Source: Bacteroidales bacterium
GTDB taxonomy: Bacteria; Bacteroidota; Bacteroidia; Bacteroidales; WCHB1-69
Direction of reading: 5' to 3'
NCBI GenBank assembly: GCA_045130235.1
Contig: JBGUPJ010000034.1
Location: forward strand, 96,123-160,122
DNA length: 64,000 nucleotides
Below the pieces are notes generated by a model that saw nothing but the letters and a program-made list of their open reading frames with translations, made no database searches and was not told the origin of the DNA. Positions 59,656 through 64,000 of this stretch are shown piece by piece. Both the position numbers and the translations under genes were made by a program. How positions within the stretch are numbered: the first letter of the stretch is position 1; every line of letters starts with the position of its first letter.

Positions 59656-59691
59656 CAAAAATAATATACGATTATGAAAATGTATGGCATA
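59656..59691 (-). promoter_or_regulatory. Distal WYL box 9 plus -7 element
   Basis: Minus strand TATGCCA-tacat-TTTCATA-atcgtatat-TATTTTTG. Confidence 0.6.
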
Positions 59692-59756
59692 GTCGCACGC
59701 CTTCATATCTCGGCGTGAAGAAAACGGCTTGGAGCGAGCGTTAAGAAAGAACAATC

Positions 59757-61811
59757 CTACTGCACCGTGCTCCCGGCATTCACCTCCTTGCCGGGCTGCA
59801 TCAGCGCCAGACTGCCGTCGGCGTTGGCGGCCATCAGCACCATGCCGTGCGATTTCACCCCCTTGATCTCCTTCGGCGCCAGGTTGATGAGCATCAGCAC
59901 CTGCTGGCCCACGAGTTTCTCGGGCTCGTAAAATTCGGCAATACCCGACACAATCTCGCGCTCATCTACGCCTGTATTTACTTTCAGCTTCAGCAATTTC
60001 TTGGTCTTCGGCACCCGCTCGGCTTCCAGAACCGTCACCACACGCAAGTCCATCTTCTGAAATTCGTCGTAGGTGATGTCGTCTTTGGCGGGCGTGGCAG
60101 GCGCATTCGCCAAAGCATTGGCCTTCTTCGCATCCTCTAACTTCTGCACTTGTGCCGCAATGGCCTCATCTTCCACCTTCACAAACAGAAATTCTGGGGT
60201 ATTGATGGTGTCGCCTGCCTTCAACAGATCGGTGCGGCCGCCATCAATCCACTTTTTATTGCTGATATTCAACATTTTCTGCAACTTCTCAGCGGTGAAG
60301 GGCAGGAACGGCTCGCACAAAATCGACAGGCTGGCACAAATTTGCAAGGAGATGTGCAGGATGCTTCTCACATAGTCGGGATTCTCTTTCTGCTTCTTCC
60401 ACGGCTCGGTCTCGGTGAGGTACTTGTTGCCGAGACGGGCCAGGTTCATCAGTTCGGCCTGTGCCTCGCGGAAACGGTATCGCTCCACACTGTCGCCGAT
60501 GCGCTGCGGGAACTGCCGTATCTGCTCCAGCACCTCTTTCTCCAAGTCGGTCACGGGTCCCATCTCGGGAATCACACCGCCGTAATATTTGTGCGTCAGC
60601 GCCACCGTGCGGTTGACAAAGTTGCCGAAGATGGCGAGCAGCTCGTTGTTGTTCTTGGCCTGGAAGTCGCTCCAGGTGAAGTCGGCGTCCTTGGTCTCCG
60701 GCGCAATGGAGGTGAGCATATAGCGCAACGAATCCTGCTTACCCGGGAACTCGCGGAGGTACTCGTGCAGCCAGACGGCCCAGTTGCGTGAGGTGGATAT
60801 TTTCTCACCCTCGAGGTTCAGGAATTCGTTGGCGGGCACGTTCTCCGGCAGGATGTAACTGCCGTCGGCTTTCAGCATGCACGGGAAGATGATGCAGTGG
60901 AACACGATGTTGTCCTTGCCGATGAAATGCACCAGCTCGGTCTCCTCGTCTTTCCACCACTTCTCCCAGTCGCTACGACCCTGTGCGGCCGTCCACTCCT
61001 TGGTGGCGGAGATGTAGCCGATGGGTGCATCGAACCATACGTACAGCACCTTGCCTTCGGCCTCTTTCAACGGCACTTTCACACCCCAGCTGAGGTCGCG
61101 GGTCACCGCACGCGGGTGCAAACCGGCCTCAATCCACGATTTGCACTGTCCGTAAACATTCACCTTCCAGTCCTCTTTGTGACCGTCCAAAATCCACTCC
61201 TTCAACCACGGTTCATACTGATCCAAAGGAAGATACCAGTGTTTGGTTTCTTTCATCACCGGCGGATTACCGCTCAGCGTGGATTTCGGATTGATGAGGT
61301 CGGTGGCGTTTAGTGTCGCGCCGCACGCCTCGCACTGGTCGCCATAGGCCTTCTCGTTGTGGCAGTGCGGACATTCGCCCGTGATATAGCGGTCGGCCAA
61401 AAACTGTTGGGCCGCCTCGTCGTAATATTGCTGCGAGGTCTGCTCAATGAGCTTGCCTTCGTTGTACAATTTGGTGAAGAAGGCCGCCGCCGTCTCGTGG
61501 TGAGTAGGGTTGGAGGTGCGGGAGTAGATGTCGAAAGAGATGCCCAACTCCTTGAACGACTCTTTGATAATGTTGTGGTAGCGGTCCACTATGTCTTGTG
61601 GGGTCACGCCCTCTTTGCGGGCTTTCAGCGTGATCGGCACGCCGTGCTCGTCGGAGCCGCCCAGGAAAAGCACCTCCTTGCCGTTGTTGCGGAGGTAGCG
61701 GGCATAGATGTCGGCAGGGATGTAAACACCGGCCAGGTGACCGATATGTACAGGGCCGTTGGCATACGGCAGTGCCGAGGTGATGGTATAGCGTTTGGGT
61801 TCTTTTTTCAT
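59757..61811 (-). CDS. metG: Methionine--tRNA ligase
   Basis: ALPYANG..HIGH, zinc knuckles, YVWFDA, KISTS, C-terminal tRNA-binding domain; start at MKKEPKRY. Confidence 0.97.
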   Translation of the reverse strand: MKKEPKRYTITSALPYANGPVHIGHLAGVYIPADIYARYLRNNGKEVLFLGGSDEHGVPITLKARKEGVTPQDIVDRYHNIIKESFKELGISFDIYSRTSNPTHHETAAAFFTKLYNEGKLIEQTSQQYYDEAAQQFLADRYITGECPHCHNEKAYGDQCEACGATLNATDLINPKSTLSGNPPVMKETKHWYLPLDQYEPWLKEWILDGHKEDWKVNVYGQCKSWIEAGLHPRAVTRDLSWGVKVPLKEAEGKVLYVWFDAPIGYISATKEWTAAQGRSDWEKWWKDEETELVHFIGKDNIVFHCIIFPCMLKADGSYILPENVPANEFLNLEGEKISTSRNWAVWLHEYLREFPGKQDSLRYMLTSIAPETKDADFTWSDFQAKNNNELLAIFGNFVNRTVALTHKYYGGVIPEMGPVTDLEKEVLEQIRQFPQRIGDSVERYRFREAQAELMNLARLGNKYLTETEPWKKQKENPDYVRSILHISLQICASLSILCEPFLPFTAEKLQKMLNISNKKWIDGGRTDLLKAGDTINTPEFLFVKVEDEAIAAQVQKLEDAKKANALANAPATPAKDDITYDEFQKMDLRVVTVLEAERVPKTKKLLKLKVNTGVDEREIVSGIAEFYEPEKLVGQQVLMLINLAPKEIKGVKSHGMVLMAANADGSLALMQPGKEVNAGSTVQ

Positions 61812-61853
61812 ATCAGGTGATTTTATTTTCGTTTTATAATCAATAATTTCGAT

Positions 61854-61884
61854 AAAAAAGGGGCTCACCAGTGGAGCCCCCTTC
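61854..61884 (-). terminator. Intrinsic terminator after mmdB
   Basis: GGGGCTC...GAGCCCC hairpin with T run on minus strand. Confidence 0.75.
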
Positions 61885-61906
61885 TGTAACATATTCCACT
61901 GACGGT

Positions 61907-63088
61907 TTAGTTGTAGAGGAAGCTCAGCAACACACCGGCAGCTACGGCACTACCGATGACACCAGCCACATTCGGACCCATAGCGTGCATCAGCAGGTAG
62001 TTGGTCTTGTCGTATTTCAAACCCTCCACATTCGACACACGGGCGCTGTCGGGCACGGCCGATACGCCAGAGTTACCAATAAGCGGGTTGATTTTATTGC
62101 CCTCTTTGAGGAAGAGGTTGAAAAGTTTCACAAACAGCACGCCCGTAGCGGTGGCGATGACGAACGACACAGCACCGAGGAAGAAAATCAGCACCGACTT
62201 GGTGTTCAGGAAGGTAGAAGCCTGCGTGGAGCAACCTACCGTCAAACCGATGAGGATGGTGACGATGTCGATGAGGGCGTTGGAAGCCGTGTTAGCCAAA
62301 CGCTTGGTAACACCACTTTCTTTCAATAAGTTACCGAAGAAAAGCATACCGAGCAGCGGCAGGCCCGACGGTACGATGAAAGCGGTGAGCAAGATACAAA
62401 GGATGGGGAAGAGGATCTTCTCGCGACGGGTAACCACGCGGGGCGGACGCATACGGATGCGACGCTCCTTGTCGGTGGTGAGCAGGCGCATGATAGGCGG
62501 CTGAATCACCGGCACCAAGGCCATGTACGAGTAGGCCGAAATGGCGATGGCTCCCATCAAACTCGGGGCTAACTTCGAGGAGATGAAGATGGCGGTAGGA
62601 CCGTCAGCACCACCGATGATGCCGATAGCACCAGCTTCCATCGGAGTGAAATTCAACGCCAGAGCAATGATGTAGGCGCCAAAAATACCGAACTGCGCCG
62701 CCGCTCCGATGAGGATGAGCTTCGGATTGGAAATCAACGCCGAGAAGTCGGTCATGGCACCGATGCCCAAAAATATCAGTGGGGGATAAAACCCCTTTAA
62801 CACACCGAAATACAGGTAGTTGAGCACGGCTCCATTTTCATATACACCGATTTGCAAACCATCAACAAAGGGGATGTTACCCACGATGATACCAAAACCG
62901 ATGGGGATGAGCAACATCGGCTCAAACTCTTTCAGAATAGCAAGGGCAATGAAGAAAATGCCGATGATAATCATGATGATGTTTCCGAGCTGCGCATTGG
63001 AAAAACCAGTGTACCCCCAGAAATTTTTTACACCCTCTAAAAAGTCAGCGCCAACGCCCAATAGACTTGAAGTGAAGATACTATTCAT
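61907..63088 (-). CDS. mmdB: Na+-translocating decarboxylase beta subunit (OadB/MmdB)
   Basis: [48 protein letters not shown]. Confidence 0.93.
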   Translation of the reverse strand: MNSIFTSSLLGVGADFLEGVKNFWGYTGFSNAQLGNIIMIIIGIFFIALAILKEFEPMLLIPIGFGIIVGNIPFVDGLQIGVYENGAVLNYLYFGVLKGFYPPLIFLGIGAMTDFSALISNPKLILIGAAAQFGIFGAYIIALALNFTPMEAGAIGIIGGADGPTAIFISSKLAPSLMGAIAISAYSYMALVPVIQPPIMRLLTTDKERRIRMRPPRVVTRREKILFPILCILLTAFIVPSGLPLLGMLFFGNLLKESGVTKRLANTASNALIDIVTILIGLTVGCSTQASTFLNTKSVLIFFLGAVSFVIATATGVLFVKLFNLFLKEGNKINPLIGNSGVSAVPDSARVSNVEGLKYDKTNYLLMHAMGPNVAGVIGSAVAAGVLLSFLYN

Positions 63089-63110
63089 AATAGGTTAAAA
63101 TAAGTCTGTT

Positions 63111-63521
63111 TTATTTGGTGGGATCTTCGCAGAGTTCGGTAAGAACGCCGCCGGTGCTCTTCGGGTGGAGAAAGCCAATCTGAAGGCCTTCAGCGCCCGC
63201 ACGCGGAGTTTTGTCAATCAGTCGGACACCTTTATCGGCCATCTCGTTCAACGCATTGGCAGCGTTGTCCACGCAGAAAGCGATGTGATGGATGCCCTCG
63301 CCGCGCTTCTCGATGAAACCGGCAATGGTGCTCTCCTCACAGGTGGGCTCCAACAACTCGATTTTGGTCTGTCCGACCATGAAAAATGCAGTGCGTACCT
63401 TCTGGTCTGCAACCTCTTCAGTGGCATAACACTTCATGCCAAGGATGTTTTCATAATACGGAATTGCATCTTTCAAACTCTTAACGGCAATTCCAATGTG
63501 TTCAATATGTGATATTTGCAT
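63111..63521 (-). CDS. mce: Methylmalonyl-CoA epimerase
   Basis: IEHIGIAV, KIELLEP, GEGIHHIAF, FLHPKST.GVLTEL. Confidence 0.95.
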   Translation of the reverse strand: MQISHIEHIGIAVKSLKDAIPYYENILGMKCYATEEVADQKVRTAFFMVGQTKIELLEPTCEESTIAGFIEKRGEGIHHIAFCVDNAANALNEMADKGVRLIDKTPRAGAEGLQIGFLHPKSTGGVLTELCEDPTK

Positions 63522-63604
63522 AACAAAAAATGTTTTCCAAATTAACGGCGCAAAAGTACAAAAAAAAGTAAAAATTTCAAACCTTTTCTGAAATATTATT
63601 TAAT

Positions 63605-63638
63605 AAAAAAAGCGGCCGAAATTTCAACCGCTTTTTTG
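63605..63638 (-). terminator. Intrinsic terminator
   Basis: AAAAAAAGCGG...CCGCTTTTTT. Confidence 0.65.
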
Positions 63639-63658
63639 ACCTGTCAATGAGGGAAAAT

Positions 63659-64000
63659 TTAGGCGTGCAAAGCCTCCTCTGCCGCCTTCTCCTTTTGCTC
63701 ATACTGATAAATTTCGCGACACAAAGCATCGTACTTTTTGTACAAAGCCGCACGGCGCAGCTTCAATGTCTGCGAAAGCTCGCCCGTCTGTGGACTCCAC
63801 GTGTCGGCCACCAACCGGAACTTGCGAATCTGCTCGTGCTCCGCCAACGTGTCGTTCAACTTCGTGATCTCTCGTTGAATACGCTTGATGACCTCGGCAT
63901 TGGTACACAGCTCCTCGTTCGACGAATAGTGAATCTTGTGCTTCGCACACCAGAAGTGCAACGTGTCGAAGTTGGGCACCAGAATCGCCGCCGCAATCTT
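63659..64000 (-). CDS. Long-chain fatty acid--CoA ligase, C-terminal part (runs off window end)
   Basis: LVPNF, EQIRKF.L, WS..TGELS.TLKLRR. Confidence 0.85.
   Translation of the reverse strand, partial: KIAAAILVPNFDTLHFWCAKHKIHYSSNEELCTNAEVIKRIQREITKLNDTLAEHEQIRKFRLVADTWSPQTGELSQTLKLRRAALYKKYDALCREIYQYEQKEKAAEEALHA

Overview
Bacteroidales-type chromosomal window (Bacteroidetes TAnnTTTG -7 promoter elements, a T9SS cargo protein). Housekeeping genes occupy about 1-25.4 kb (rfbA, steroid 5-alpha-reductase-like plus OYE-type reductase, sppA, cca, ccsA, Met gamma-lyase, SPT-like aminotransferase, patB, terC, mntP, rsmD, cobB) and about 48-64 kb (saccharopine dehydrogenase family, dnaN, dpp4, topA, metG, mmdB, mce). 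Between them (about 25.4-46.5 kb) is a mosaic accessory island headed by a divergent WYL-domain regulator. Main observation: a 7-5-7 palindrome (TATGWCA-N5-TGTCATA) sits exactly 9 bp upstream of a TAnnTTTG element at ten places: in front of the WYL gene, in front of eight island transcription units, and in front of a distal mini-MreB ORF at 59.7 kb. The island is built from repeated intergenic modules (promoter P*, a C-rich boundary, a second 7-5-7 box, REP palindromes, heptamer runs). These bracket exchangeable-looking defence and repair genes (DUF262, Mrr-type nuclease, UDG-like proteins, DprA, AAA/VWA, ADP-ribosylglycohydrolase, RtcB fragment, DEDDh exonuclease, RhuM-Fic). Also present: an AbiF-like gene with a structured upstream RNA, a PIN toxin-antitoxin pair bracketed by a duplicated promoter, and several pseudogene fragments. 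No CRISPR array, tRNA, rRNA or integrase was seen. All calls come from reading motifs by eye; no database search was run.
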